A DNA stretch of 64,000 nt from NCBI RefSeq assembly GCF_032191835.1, contig NC_083231.1, positions 78,306,001 to 78,370,000 on the forward strand. Direction: 5' to 3'. Shown here one piece after another: positions 38,430-50,037 of the stretch; position 1 is the stretch's first letter; each line of letters opens with the position of its first letter. Source of the DNA: Heteronotia binoei (taxonomy: Eukaryota). Made by a program: the position numbers and the translations under genes. The notes beneath the pieces are model-generated. The model saw nothing but the letters and a program-made list of their open reading frames with translations. It searched no databases and was not told the origin of the DNA.

Positions 38430-40373
38430 TTTATCCTTTTGATTCTTACTTTTTTATTTGGATGCAAACTAAAAAAACGTATGTGTTTTTCTTAGCTGAT
38501 ACACAATTCAACCAGCTTCCAAAATAGATAGGCATGTCTGTACTTTCCCAAAAGCAAGCCCTTTAAGCTGATGTTCTATTAATGCCTCATATGAAAACAA
38601 AACCCAAGACTCTAGTCCTCATAGGGAACAGGGATAGGAAGCACATGAAGCACCAAAAACTATGATGTAAAAAATACCACAATCCAGGGCATATATGTAA
38701 CTGGTCTGCATATCTTTTGTGCAAGATATCAAATTGCAATTGGTTCACATGTTGAACTCATTCTACAATATTCTTATAGTGTACCTACAGTATCAGCCTT
38801 TTGAAATATTGTAAAATACAGACTGTATACTATCAGGAAAATTGGGAATTCAGGTGCCTTCTTGCTTGTATTTTCTTTTCCAATCCTTCAGCAATTTTCC
38901 CCATTGCAGTTGCACACTTCAATTTGTACCTTACGGACTAGAAACTCGGGAAATGAAAAATATAACTGTACATAATCTACCAAAAGTCTACAGCTGAATG
39001 AATGTAGCTTGGGTCTCATGTTGATGACACCTTACTAAACGTATGTGAATGCTCTGAAACATCTCAGAGCAAAAACTCATTTGACAACAAAGAAAGTGAA
39101 TAAAAACAGAATACTAGCTGTGGTTTCACAGTCATAATAAAAACTGGGAACGGAAGCAGCAATCCTCTTACTAATATCATTAACACAAATTACTGTTGTA
39201 TTACAAAATAAAGAACCCAAGGCATTTTCATTAATTATTATATTTTCTGCATTATAGTTTAACATATGTACTTTTTTCGTGTCACCCTTATTTTCGTTAA
39301 GTATTGATATTTTGTTATATTCAGACAGGAGTACATTTTTGGAACAGTTCTTTGTAATAAATATCATAAAATAATAAAGATTCACATAATAAATATTCTT
39401 TACAATAAAAAAGTTTTGACAGACCTTTGTCTTAAAAATAGTCAGAATTCAACTTTGTGTTTTATACATAAAATATACAAAAAAAAGCACCACAATTTGT
39501 GGCTAAGGCAATAAAAACAGAGGGCTAAAGTTACCAAAGCACAGGATTGAGTTAAATGTTGTTAAACCACAGAAATACAGAAACGTTAAGAGACTAAAGA
39601 ATGTTTATACAACTTAAAATTTATGATATCCAAAGATTACTTCTCTGATGTGCAGAAACCAACAACTTTAGTATCAAAAGAAGGGACGTGTAAAACAAAA
39701 AGGCCCTACACATATATAAAAGCTATAGAAACTAATGGAAGCAGTCTAAAGCCATTACAGATCCTTCTAGTAAAGCAACAAAAGGTGGAGCCAATCTAAA
39801 TAAAATAAGAATCCCAAGAGACTAGACTGAGAAATTTTTAAAGGAAGAAGAAAAAACAGGATGCACTAAGAAGAAAAGGCAGGTACAAGATTTACTAAAT
39901 TCCAAACCAACTATAACAAATGCTTCCTTTAAAAAAAAAAGCTTTGTAATCCAACTCTTTTATGAGGGGAAAAACTTGAAATAATTGCTTGGAAAGCATT
40001 AAGAAAGTGTGGGGTGGTGAAAAAGGAGTTGCAGAAAACAAACAAAAAAGCATCTTTGGAAAGTTATCTGCAGAGTAATACGGCTTCAGAGCAGCCCATT
40101 ACCCTCATTACTTCTTTCAGGAGTGGATTACTCACAAACCTTAGACTACTTGCCAAGTCAAGAACTGAGATGCAAGTACGTAGGCCACACTTGCCAAAGA
40201 CCAAGGAAACACTCAGATTTGCCTTTGTCGAAAGAAACTACAGTGTAGGAAAGAAAGAACATTAGAGAAAGAATGGAAAATGATGAGGAGGATGGGTTGG
40301 TGGAAAAAATCAAGACAGAAAAGCCAGCCACAACCTGAAAGAATCTGAGGAACTCAACATCCTCCTACATAAA
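38430..40373 (-). other. SPRY1: Putative SPRY1 3' UTR
   Basis: U-rich on the minus strand, no recognisable transposons; UAUUUAU elements at 39357-39363 and 39389-39395; first canonical AATAAA I found is at 38453-38458. The end point is uncertain. Confidence 0.45.
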
Positions 40374-41336
40374 TCATGAGGGCTTGCCTTGACCCCTAGA
40401 GGGGCAACTTTCCAGCTTACAATAAACCGTGTTGGAGTTCTTACATCGGCAACCTGGACGATTGATCCTGTCATAACACCCTCTGCACAGTTTTAAGCAT
40501 CCTTTTGCAGGTGGATAGCACAGCAAACAAGGCAAAACCAAGGATATGGCTCCCATGCATAAGTACCTAGACCAGCAATGTGACTGAGAAAAAGAGCAAG
40601 GATTATCCGCATATGAGTCCCCTTCATCGTCATTGGAACAGTGGTAGAAGATCCCTTTGACCAGGCACATACAGGTGCTGTATTCCACCATACTTTCTGC
40701 TGAGCACAAGCACTGCCTGTTGCAGGCCAAGCAAGATGGCAAGGCCCTGGGCGCTGTGCACTCTCCACATTTGCACTTCCCGCATTGTTCACAGATAAAT
40801 TTGTACTGTGTCAAGTCCTCTTTCAAGGGACCCATCAGGTCATCTACAATTAGGGATGATGGCTTGGGCTGCGTCCAGATTGGCCTTTCGGATCTGTGGC
40901 CTGGCCCTAGCCTAGATGGGGGTAACCTCAGCAGCAAGCCCTGCTCTGAAGATGCGCTGCTGTTGCTTCCAGAACTAGCTGCGCTCCCAGTGCTCGTAGA
41001 TCTGCTCAACACAGGAGCCCTCGAGTTATGCTGATGCAGCAAGTGGCCCGGATGGCTGGGTCTGTGCTCATAATTATTATTCACAGTAATCGGTATGATT
41101 TCATGAGTCCTTTCATGCTTTTCTTGTCTAGGCGCTGTCCGTGGAGCAGATTTTTTCACCACAGATGGGCCTTCAGTGTACTCGTTACTGCCCCTAATGG
41201 TCTTGATCTGGTCCAGGGACAAGATAGCTGTTGGCTGTACCTCTCTTTCATAGTCTACCCTTTGCCTGCTATCCAAAGAAGGCTGCTGAAGGACAACTAA
41301 TGAACTGCCACTGCCATGTTGACCTTGGGACTCCAT
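40374..41336 (-). CDS. SPRY1: Protein sprouty homolog 1 (320 aa, single coding exon)
   Basis: QHGSGSSLVV N-terminus, IRGSNEYTEGP c-Cbl-binding tyrosine motif, serine-rich SRSTSTGSAASSGSNSSASSEQ, cysteine-rich SPR domain, and C-terminus KLESCPSRGQGKPS characteristic of SPRY1 (no SPRY2-type PxxPxR tail). Confidence 0.98.
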   Translation of the reverse strand: MESQGQHGSGSSLVVLQQPSLDSRQRVDYEREVQPTAILSLDQIKTIRGSNEYTEGPSVVKKSAPRTAPRQEKHERTHEIIPITVNNNYEHRPSHPGHLLHQHNSRAPVLSRSTSTGSAASSGSNSSASSEQGLLLRLPPSRLGPGHRSERPIWTQPKPSSLIVDDLMGPLKEDLTQYKFICEQCGKCKCGECTAPRALPSCLACNRQCLCSAESMVEYSTCMCLVKGIFYHCSNDDEGDSYADNPCSFSQSHCWSRYLCMGAISLVLPCLLCYPPAKGCLKLCRGCYDRINRPGCRCKNSNTVYCKLESCPSRGQGKPS

Positions 41337-41391
41337 CTGTAGTGATCTCTACTTCTGGCATTCACCAGGAACCTGGCATGCATCTGAAGTC

Positions 41392-41420
41392 CTAGAAGAC
41401 AGAGAGAGAGAGAGAGAGAA
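41392..41420 (-). promoter_or_regulatory. SPRY1: Splice acceptor of the SPRY1 coding exon with (TC)n polypyrimidine tract
   Basis: Minus strand TTCTCTCTCTCTCTCTCTCTGTCTTCTAG|GACTTCAGATGCATGCCAGG; the exon starts at 41391, 55 nt upstream of the ATG. Confidence 0.88.
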
Positions 41421-41778
41421 ACCAAAGGTAAAAAAAAGAACAAGTCACAGGAAGCTTAATAAACAACATCACAGTATATGGCCATTCACAGATAGCTCTA
41501 ACTAGTAAAACTCATTCAAAGACTGATGCATAGTATCCAGTATTGGCTTCAAGTCCCTAGGCACAAACCATTTTATAAAACTTTTAAAAACAAGTATTAA
41601 GATGTGACTTTGCAGAGAAATGAAAATAAAACACACCAAAAATGATCTCAGTATTTAAAAAGGAAAAGTCTTCTAAATCTACAAAACCATGCCTCTCATC
41701 ACATTTTGTTTTATTTGGTTAAGGTGAGTTTTCCACCTGACTCTTAATCAATACTAAAGATACTGTAACTGCTTTTTA

Positions 41779-41880
41779 TAGATTCAGGTGGGTAGCTGCG
41801 TTAGTCTGAAACAGAACAATTTGAGTCCAGTGGCACCTTCAAGACCAACAAAGTTTTATCCAAGGTATAAGCTATTGTGA
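41779..41880 (-). mobile_element. PLE 3' fragment in the SPRY1 intron
   Basis: TAGATTCAGGTGGGTAGCTGCGTTAGTCTG...GGCACCTTCAAGACCAAC...TAAGCT is similar to 3853-3955; hammerhead core not retained. Confidence 0.7.
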
Positions 41881-42934
41881 TACAACAATGGAAATTACTA
41901 GTGCATTTAAGGTAGAGGTAAGCAGTAAATTAGCATACGTGAAGATGTTTAACAGATTTGACATATGTATTTCCTTCACTATGTCTCCCCCCAATTAAAC
42001 CCAAACAAATGGTAACCATATAAACTAAGCTTGTCATTCCTGTTTGGCCCTTGAATCTGTTAAACATCTTCATTATGCCACCTCTCACCCAAAACGGGAC
42101 TCAAAGACACAACAAAAATGCAAAAATAGCAGTACACAGCAAATGCTTCAAGACCACAAGAGTTGGGAACAAGACCCTCATACTGATATTCTAACCACTA
42201 CAATAACCAAAGGCTCTTGTCTAGACCTCTTGAGGAGTGTTTTGCCTGTCCGAGTAGCGTTCCAATATCTGTCTTTGTTCTAAACTTTAAGTTAACAGAT
42301 TTATCTTTTTAACCATGATTCCATAATGCCCTGAGTAGATCAGCAATGGAGAAGTTCCTGAAGGATTCTTTCTAGGTAGAAATATCAGTTTCACAAAAAT
42401 AGCCTACACACAGACTGATCCTAAATAATTACCTCCTTCTGAGGCTATCGACTTCAACTGATCTAGAGTGCTGAAACTCAGTTCAGGACTGCACTGACAT
42501 TAAAGCAGAACAGCAGATGTGAGTAACACCATGTTATACAATAGGTTTTGTGGTCTTCCTGGGCCATAAGGCAGGGTGTGAAAAGAGGTGGCTCATGCCA
42601 GAGAAGAGATACATGGCACATGCCAGAGAAGAAGAGGTACATCCTGGAATGTATTGGATTTTTGCAAAGGGACATGCACCTTTCCTGAAAAATGAAGAGT
42701 CATTTATTATTCTTACTAAACCCTAGGGGAGAGGAGTAGCCAGATAGAGTCAAAATGGTTCTATTAATTTTCCCTACACAAACACATAAAACTGTGGTAT
42801 CTGAACCATGTTGCATTTTTCTCTGTTCTTTCTGAGACCAACAGGAAAACTACCAGAGCAGCTTTTAAGAACCATATTCTTCTGCCGGCATGCTGTATTA
42901 TAAGGTTCTGGACATTTTTTGAATTTGGGAAACT

Positions 42935-42978
42935 GTTAGTCTAAATGACCCTAGAGATCCCTTCCAACTCTATGATTC
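42935..42978 (+). mobile_element. CR1 3' tail remnant in the intron
   Basis: CTAAATGACCCTAGAGATCCCTTCCAACTCTATGATTC. Confidence 0.6.
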
Positions 42979-45597
42979 CATTAAATGACCTGAGAATTCC
43001 TCACATGAACCAACAGAGGTAGGCAATCTTTGATATCACTATAATAACTCTTTTCCTAAATGCTTGGAAGTATTTCCCATAAATCACCTCATGTAAACCA
43101 TCCTGTAAGTCAGGCAGGCAGGATTACTGCCATATTAAAGAGGCAGTGAGGCTGACAAAAAATGCTTTGCATGAAGTCACGAAGCAAGTGCCTTAGCTAA
43201 GGTGAAACTTGAACCAGTGGCTTCCTGGCTTTCTCATTCAACCACTGCAGCAATGCAAATCTCTTGATAATGCATTTAGACTGCGAACCATCTCGAAGGC
43301 CTCCAAGGTGACAAATGGAATAGTGAGGTTCATTTAGTAACTTCATAAATGAACTAATTCTAATGCTAATCATTCAGTAATCTCACAAACCAGCTAATAC
43401 AGCAAACAAGAGGTTTTGTACAGCACATGGCCCCCACTCAAGGGGCTGACAGTCCTCCCTTTTCTTTCTCAGGCGCGTCAGGCTGGAACGCATAGAGAAA
43501 ACAATAAGCAAGCCACAGGACTGGTTCCCTCCTCCTTCTCTATCACCTGCATGAAGGTACAGAGTTTAAGATAAAGAACTTTGCCCAATTCAAATCACAT
43601 CTTATCTGCTTCCCTCACATTTTCATTTTCTTTGACTTGGAATAAACATGGAGGAACTACAGAATGCAATGCTGAACAGAGCAGGGACTTGGAGGGGGGG
43701 CGGTTTCTTTCCACTCCTAAAACTTGCTAGAGGAAGACAAACACTAAGGAAGAGCCTGACAAATGTATGAAATAAGGTTAATCTTATCCTATTCCAACAA
43801 AGATCTGAACAGTCCTAAGCATTCCTACTCAGACATAATCCCATTGAGGTTAACTATATTTATGAAGGTAACCTTAATTTCTCCCCTCCTCCCCAAAAAG
43901 GGAGGGGGCAGAGACACCCCACACCTAAACCTGGAGTCCTTTACAAGTTGAAACATTTCTCAGTTTCCCATGTGACACTGGCATTTTTTGGTGAAGATAC
44001 ATAGTTCTCGCCATGTAGTAACAGCCTTCTGAAGACAGAATACTGGGGAAAAATTCTTTGAAAACCCAACATTGAGTTGGGTTGTGAGAAACCATAAAAC
44101 TGGTGAGGAGAGGGTGGCAGCACTGCATCCCCACCCCCACAGATGGAGCTCAAAGAAGGCGATGAATGCAGAGCTGCCAGGAGAGGAAGGAAGAGGAAAA
44201 AGTTATGAATGAAAGCAAGAGATTTTTTTCAACCCCATTTGCAGGAGGAGTGGAAAAGGCTGAAGTTACTATTACCTCAGGAGGGCGGACTTTCCAGTAC
44301 TTAAAGTTATATCACCCTCCTCTCCTTCTACCTTTCAAAGGGGGGGGAGGCTGCATGTGCTAGTCTGAGCATGTAGAATCCCCTCCTCCACTGGGTTTTT
44401 TGAAGGAGGCGGGTACAGGAATGGAGGAGGGGGGAGAGCCACTTTATCTCTGTCTCACCCACCATTTCCTCTTTGCAGCCTTCACACCTCTCCACTGACC
44501 TGCGAAAATCTCACTCTTTCTCTGAGGGGAAATCCCTCAATGCTGACTACATGTAATTAAACACACACATACACACCCCAGAGTAAAAGCAGCCCTAGTC
44601 GAAATAATGATTTCAGGGAATGTTTTTGCAGTTACTACCACCACTTACAACAGCCAAAAATTACTTGATACTTAGACACTTACAGTAAAGGATAAGTATT
44701 AACAGAACTTCCACCTGCCACATGTACATTTTACCCAATCAAAAAATTCTCATCATCTTATCTACTTAGAAATCTATGTCTCAAAAGGGCAAGCAGTACT
44801 CCTAGTCGCTTTGAATTCCCTCTATATAAACTCAAACACACATGGATATCAATTCAAGATTTAAAAAAAAATATTAAGCAATCAAATCCATGTTAGAAAA
44901 TTCTGAAACCAAATGTTCATACAATACTTACAAGAGACTTTGAGTCTCTGGGACACTATTTTTGTGCTCATGTAACTTTTGATAATGTGGGACCAAATAC
45001 TCCTTCAGATCCAATTTCTATTCTACCTAAAGAACACACAGTGATTGAACACTATGTAATAATCACTTGGGAATTTGACCTAAATGTTTCCGTGGATTCA
45101 CTTACATTGTGTACTAGTATAATCAGCAAAGAACCAAAGGTTGCCTTTTCAATGTTTTCATATAACATAAAATTTAATCACACAAGGCTGATTTAATGGA
45201 CTAAGCAAAACTAAAACGTTTAGAGCAAATATCCAATAAAGCTAATATCATTCTCTCAAAAGCCTCTAGAAGCAACGTTGGTCTTGGATCCAGTTGTCCC
45301 ACCTCCTCTGCAAAATTCCTATCAATGCCCACAGCAATAATTTCACAGCCCTGAAAAATCAGACTACAACTAAACTTCTGCAGGCGCTCAGGAAAAGCAG
45401 GGAACAACTGGTCTATTCAAATTAGGCACACACAAAAATACACATACTGACAGCCTTGGCCTTTCCTGGAACCACACACCAAACTGGGAAGGAAAAGACG
45501 CACAAGGACACCTGCTAGTACTTGAGCTCCACACGTGCAAACAAGGCAGCAAGAATCCATATTGCAAGAGAACGGGGACAGCATAAGAAAGACGCAG

Positions 45598-45760
45598 ACT
45601 TACGTATTTGAATGGCAAATCCGCGTGAAAGCACTCCCCTGCTAAGTTAGATCCATAAGGCAGCGTGTGACAAGTCTTAAAACGCAGGAGAACTCATTCC
45701 CAGTGGAGAGGGGCTTGCCCCCAGTCCTTGATCTCTAACTCCCCTTTGATTGGCGAGGCC
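45598..45760 (-). promoter_or_regulatory. SPRY1: Candidate proximal promoter and short non-coding first exon of SPRY1
   Basis: Minus strand: CCAAT at 45749-45753, TATA-like TTTTAAGA at 45675-45682, perfect donor GTAAGT at 45598-45603 (exon would end at 45604, intron about 4.2 kb). Confidence 0.55.
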
Positions 45761-47340
45761 AAGTTCTGTGCTCTTGTCTCCTGCACCGCACACACCGCAA
45801 CCACAAAGCCTTGCTTCCTGAATAGTAGGAAATCCAACTTGCCTGCTTCCCAAACACCCTTCTTCCCAAAGCTTCAACATTCAATGGGGTGCGCTGCCCG
45901 CCCCTCCTCTCCAAAGTTACTTGTTCATGAAGCAAAACAGTTTTCTCCGCTGCGCCGCCAGGCACTCAGTTACAGGGAATCCAGAGGAAGCGATTATTAT
46001 TATTTTTTTTGGCTGCCAGGTAAAAGAGATCAAGCTGGTTTTGCAAAACTGTTCCGTTCGATCTACAACAATTCAATCCCACGCTGCATCCGTGCTGTTG
46101 GAAAGCGTCGTCTGCGAGCCGCGGAAGGGCTTCGAAAAAGACTACTTGCAAGAAGGCACAGTCGGTTCCCTCCTGCCTACCGCCAACTTGGAGCTTTCTT
46201 TCTTTCCCTTTCTAGACTCACGATTTCTCCTCCGAGCAAAGCGCGCGTGTAGTGGTGTTCGACAGCTTCCTCGGCTCACAGGTCCTTTTCACCACATGGT
46301 CCTTCGCCTGCGACTCTCCCCTCCGATCTTAGCGCAGACAAAGTGCAATAGGAACGCCTGCTGGAGGGAGGAAAAGCAACGATATTAAAGAAGAGGGAAA
46401 GCGCGGGTGACAAGAGAAGGGAGCAAAATTCAAGCAGCGCAAGGCAATGGCTTTCTGCAACTTTGCCATGTGCTTGCCTGTTGCTGTTGTGGTCTGATTG
46501 ACAGGCTTGCAGCACAGTCAGAGTGTCAGTAAGAGGAGGGGGAAACCCCCTCGGATACAATGCAGCTCTGCCCTTTCTATACACACGGGGAATCTTTGTA
46601 CCAAACGCCTGTGTGAGCCCAAAAGGAACGGCGCTCCAGGGCGAATAAAAATGGAACTCCCCAAGATTTAGCACAACTGCTTACTTCAAAGCTCTCCGCT
46701 GAAAGCTACTACAGCCGTCCCATGAACTTAAGTGGATCCAAAGTATCGCATCACGTTAAAAAAAGAAGAAGAAGAAGCCCGGCCTACGGCTTATTTTTAA
46801 ATTCTTAGGATCAGACAACTAAACGTTGGCTGCAGAAAAGCAGCACGCGTTTGAATGCAGAGACGTTCAGCAGCACCTGAACGACCTCCGAAATGCTTGC
46901 AAAAGATCGCGCTTACCGAATACAAAGGTGAAGAGCTGTTTCCCGAAGCATCCACGTCCGCAACAACCGGAGCAAAATCCAAATTAGCCCGTGGCGGGGG
47001 CTTGCCGTTGGCGTCTGCAGCTATCGCTTTGCAAACCACGATGTGCTTTAGCGTTGCCGTTTCAGAATGATCTTAACTCCGCACAACAGCATTTCAGCGC
47101 CGAGCCCCCACCTCAGCCCTTCGTCACGCCTCCAATGATGTCAATCTGTCACTCAGAAAGCGGATGAGAAAACCCGGAACGGATTTTTCCTCTCTTCGAC
47201 AAGAGAGCGTTTCCTCTTTCATTCATGCGCTTACCAATTGTAATGTTTGTTTACCAACGTTCTGCGTTCTTTTTTTCCCAATCACAAAAAACAAGCCAGA
47301 TGGCGTTGCTCTAGCATTTACTGCCCACAGACCGGAACCC
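45600..47340. promoter_or_regulatory. SPRY1: CpG-enriched promoter region of SPRY1
   Basis: Much higher CpG density than flanks, no recognisable repeats, GC box CCCGCCCC near 45897, ETS-like CCGGAA near 47175 and 47332. Confidence 0.75.
46216..46221 (-). promoter_or_regulatory. SPRY1: Second candidate 5' splice donor (alternative first exon)
   Basis: Minus strand GGAGAAATC|GTGAGT within the CpG-rich region. Confidence 0.4.
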
Positions 47341-47555
47341 CTATGAATAAGAAGCTCATGTGCCACACCACATGAAACATAAGCAGTGGTATTTGGAGGC
47401 AGAAATAAGGTTTTAAATAGTGACTCAAAGAGTGCTATTTGTATATTTATCATCCGCTTGTCTCACTGAAACTTGCTGGGGGGGATCATAGTTTATTTAC
47501 GAAATTATACTATTCAAGTTTTCTGAGGGTTTTTTACTTATTTATATTCTGATTG

Positions 47556-48769
47556 TAGCTGGATGATCATGCTGAGGAACCTTGGGGGACATCCTAAACG
47601 TTCCAAGATTTGCCACAGGCCTTTCCTGCTAAGCTTTGGTAAGGTCGACAAAAGTCACATACAGAGCCTTGTTCTGTTCCCTGCATCCGCTATCGCACCG
47701 ATGACAGCCTGTTCAACCTGAGGCGACTAAAGGCACACTCCAAGACAATGGAAAAACTCATCCGAGAGCTACTGTTTGCTGATGATGCTGCACTCGTCTC
47801 CCACTCGGTATCAGCTCTGCAGCATATGACGTCCTGCTTTGCAGAGGCTGCCAAGCTATTCGGCCTAGAAGTTAGTCTGAAGAAGACAGAAGTTCTCCAC
47901 CAGCCTGCACCCCAGGAAGATTATCACCCCCCCTGCATCACTGTGGGTGAATCAGTTCTGAAGACAGTCCAGCAGTTCAGCTACCTGGGGTGCATCATCT
48001 CCTCAGATGCCAAGATCGACAAGGAGATTGACAACAGGCTGGCAAAGGCAAACCGTGCATTTGGCCGACTGCACAAGAGTGTGGAGCAACAAGCATCTGA
48101 AAAAAGGCACAAAGATCAATGTTTACAAAGCGGTTGTGATGACAACCCTCATCTACGGCTCCGAATCGTGGGTTTTATACCGTCATCACCTGCGACTCCT
48201 TGAGCGCTTTCATCAGCGCTGCCTTCGCACCATCCTCAACATCCACTGGAGTGACTTTGTGACCAACACTGAAGTCCTCAAGCGGGCGGAGGTTACCAGC
48301 ATTGAGGCACTGCTGTTGAAGACGCAGCTGCGCTGGGCAGGGCATATTTCTAGGATGGAAAACCACCGCCTTCCCAAGATTGCCCTGTATGGCGAACTCT
48401 CCACCGGTCATCGAAATAGAGGGGCACCGAAGAAGAGGTACAAGGACTCCTTGAAGAAATCCCTTAGCACCTGTCACATCAACCATCACCAGTGGTCTGA
48501 CCTAGCCTCAGATCGCAAAGCATGGAGGCACACCATCCACCAGGCTGTCTCTTCCTTTGAGCACGCACGCATAGCTGGTCTTGAGGACAAAAGGAGATTG
48601 AGGAAGAATCGCACTGCTACAGGACCAACCCTAAATCAGACTTTTCCCTGCAGCCGCTGTGGCCGGACCTGCCTGTCCCACATTGGTCTTGTCAGCCACC
48701 AGCGAGCCTGCAGCAAACGTGGACTATTGCACCCTTCTTAAATCTTCGTTCGCGAAGCCAAGCCGAGAG
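47556..48769 (+). mobile_element. 5'-truncated, 5'-inverted RTE-clade LINE
   Basis: 10-bp TSD ATTCTGATTG at 47546-47555 and 48770-48779; sense part from about 47683; antisense RT segment 47556-47680; 3' hairpin CTTCG-TTCG-CGAAG at 48744-48757. Confidence 0.92.
47683..48741 (+). pseudogene. RTE reverse transcriptase C-terminal half with terminal zinc finger; one frameshift
   Basis: ELLFADDAALV, FSYLGCII, LRWAGHISRM, C-terminal CSRCGRTCLSHIGLVSHQRAC; frame change near 48077 (apparent 2-bp loss in an AG run). Confidence 0.9.
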
Positions 48770-48924
48770 ATTCTGATTGACTGTTATCTGTGAATCTTTT
48801 CATATTGACAAAGTTTAAAGAAACAAAAAAGAAGCTCACAAATTCTGAAGTGCCTGTTCAAGATTACTTAACCCAGATCTTCACAAGCTTTAATGACCTA
48901 GTTTAAGCCAGAGTGAGGAAAAGA

Positions 48925-49180
48925 AACACAGAGTTGGAAGGGTTATCTAGTCCATCCTCCTGCACAGTGTCCCCCCTCCCCACGCACGCATGCACTCACA
49001 CACACACACTCTTGCTTTATGCCCAGTGAAAGCCAAAAAACCTCCAAGACCCCTGGGCCCACCTGGACTGGAAGAAAATTCCTTTCTGACCCCATAGTGG
49101 GAACTGGCATTATCCTGGGCATATAAGAAAAGGCCATAAGTGCAAAGCACTGGTTCATCCTTCCTGCCCTCCCTCTCACA
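48925..49180 (-). mobile_element. CR1-tail element, same family as 340 and 59492
   Basis: CACAGAGTTGGAAGGG..ATCTAGTCC..CCTGCACA is the reverse complement of the CR1 3' end. Confidence 0.65.
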
Positions 49181-49221
49181 ATCAAAGTGAATTGTAGAAC
49201 TAGCATTTCTGGCCTCCTGAA

Positions 49222-49985
49222 TATCCAGTCCAATCCAAATACCTTTATTGGCATAGAAATAAAAGAGTACAGCATAGCAAATGTACATGGTGTTTCAACT
49301 ATAAAGACCGGTCAAACATCAAGAAGAGGAGTTAGTCTTTTGCTCCCTGATAGTTATGGCAGCCAAAAGGTACTTTGCAACTAGGCTTGTGATATGGGGA
49401 CATTGGTCAGATAGTAGAAAGTAATCTAACTTCGCCTCAAGTAATCCATAAAGATTAGAATAGGTTTGATTATACAGTCCTGCACTTCCCCATAAAAATC
49501 ACAGTGAAGTAAGACATGGGCATCCGTTTCAAGGTGCCTTCCGTTACATAGGCAGACTCTATCCTGGTAAGGGATGTTGGCAAACATCCCAGACATTGAG
49601 GGTAGAACATTGAGTCTTGTTAACATAAAGGAACAGCGTAACTGGGGTGAAGTAATCTGGGAAAGGTAGGCAAGCAGGCAACCCATGATCTGAGAAGATA
49701 CCAAATGCTAAAGGGGAACAAGTTTGATGACCAGAAGAACAAAGGGGCTGTTTCTCGATATCTAAAATCCTCTGTTTCAGGATTCTGAATGCCTATGATT
49801 CACTTAGCATACAGAGGTTGTCCAGGGGTACACCTATGGAATGTATTTTCTTCTGGATCCGACTATACCAACTGGAAACAAAGGAATCTGCTAGCATCAT
49901 ATGGATATAACTAGCACAGTCTGCCCTAAAGTGTAGGCGTAGCCAAAACTTTATAGCTAGTAGCCATGCCCTGGCCTCAGTCAAA
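49222..49985 (-). mobile_element. Degenerate non-LTR retrotransposon 3' fragment (RTEX-like)
   Basis: ORF 49426-49704 reads LTRLNVLPS...DRVCLC...ETDAHVLLHCDFY, a LINE C-terminal CCHC region; short (TTGGA)-type tail near 49225-49240. Confidence 0.65.
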
Positions 49986-50037
49986 TGGGTTCCAGTCTCT
50001 AGTGCTCCTGAATATATTTCTTTCAATGAGTAGCAAC

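Noticed and set aside
40374-41336. Calling the gene SPRY2, or a pseudogene
   Set aside because: Both termini are SPRY1-specific and there is no PxxPxR tail; the frame is intact, with a proper acceptor and candidate promoter.
44283-44295. Intronic GC box overlapping an NF-kB-like GGACTTTCC
   Set aside because: Single imperfect motif with no supporting context.
45728-46388. Overlapping 155-174 aa ORFs antisense to SPRY1
   Set aside because: Expected by-product of stop-poor GC-rich promoter DNA; no domain resemblance.
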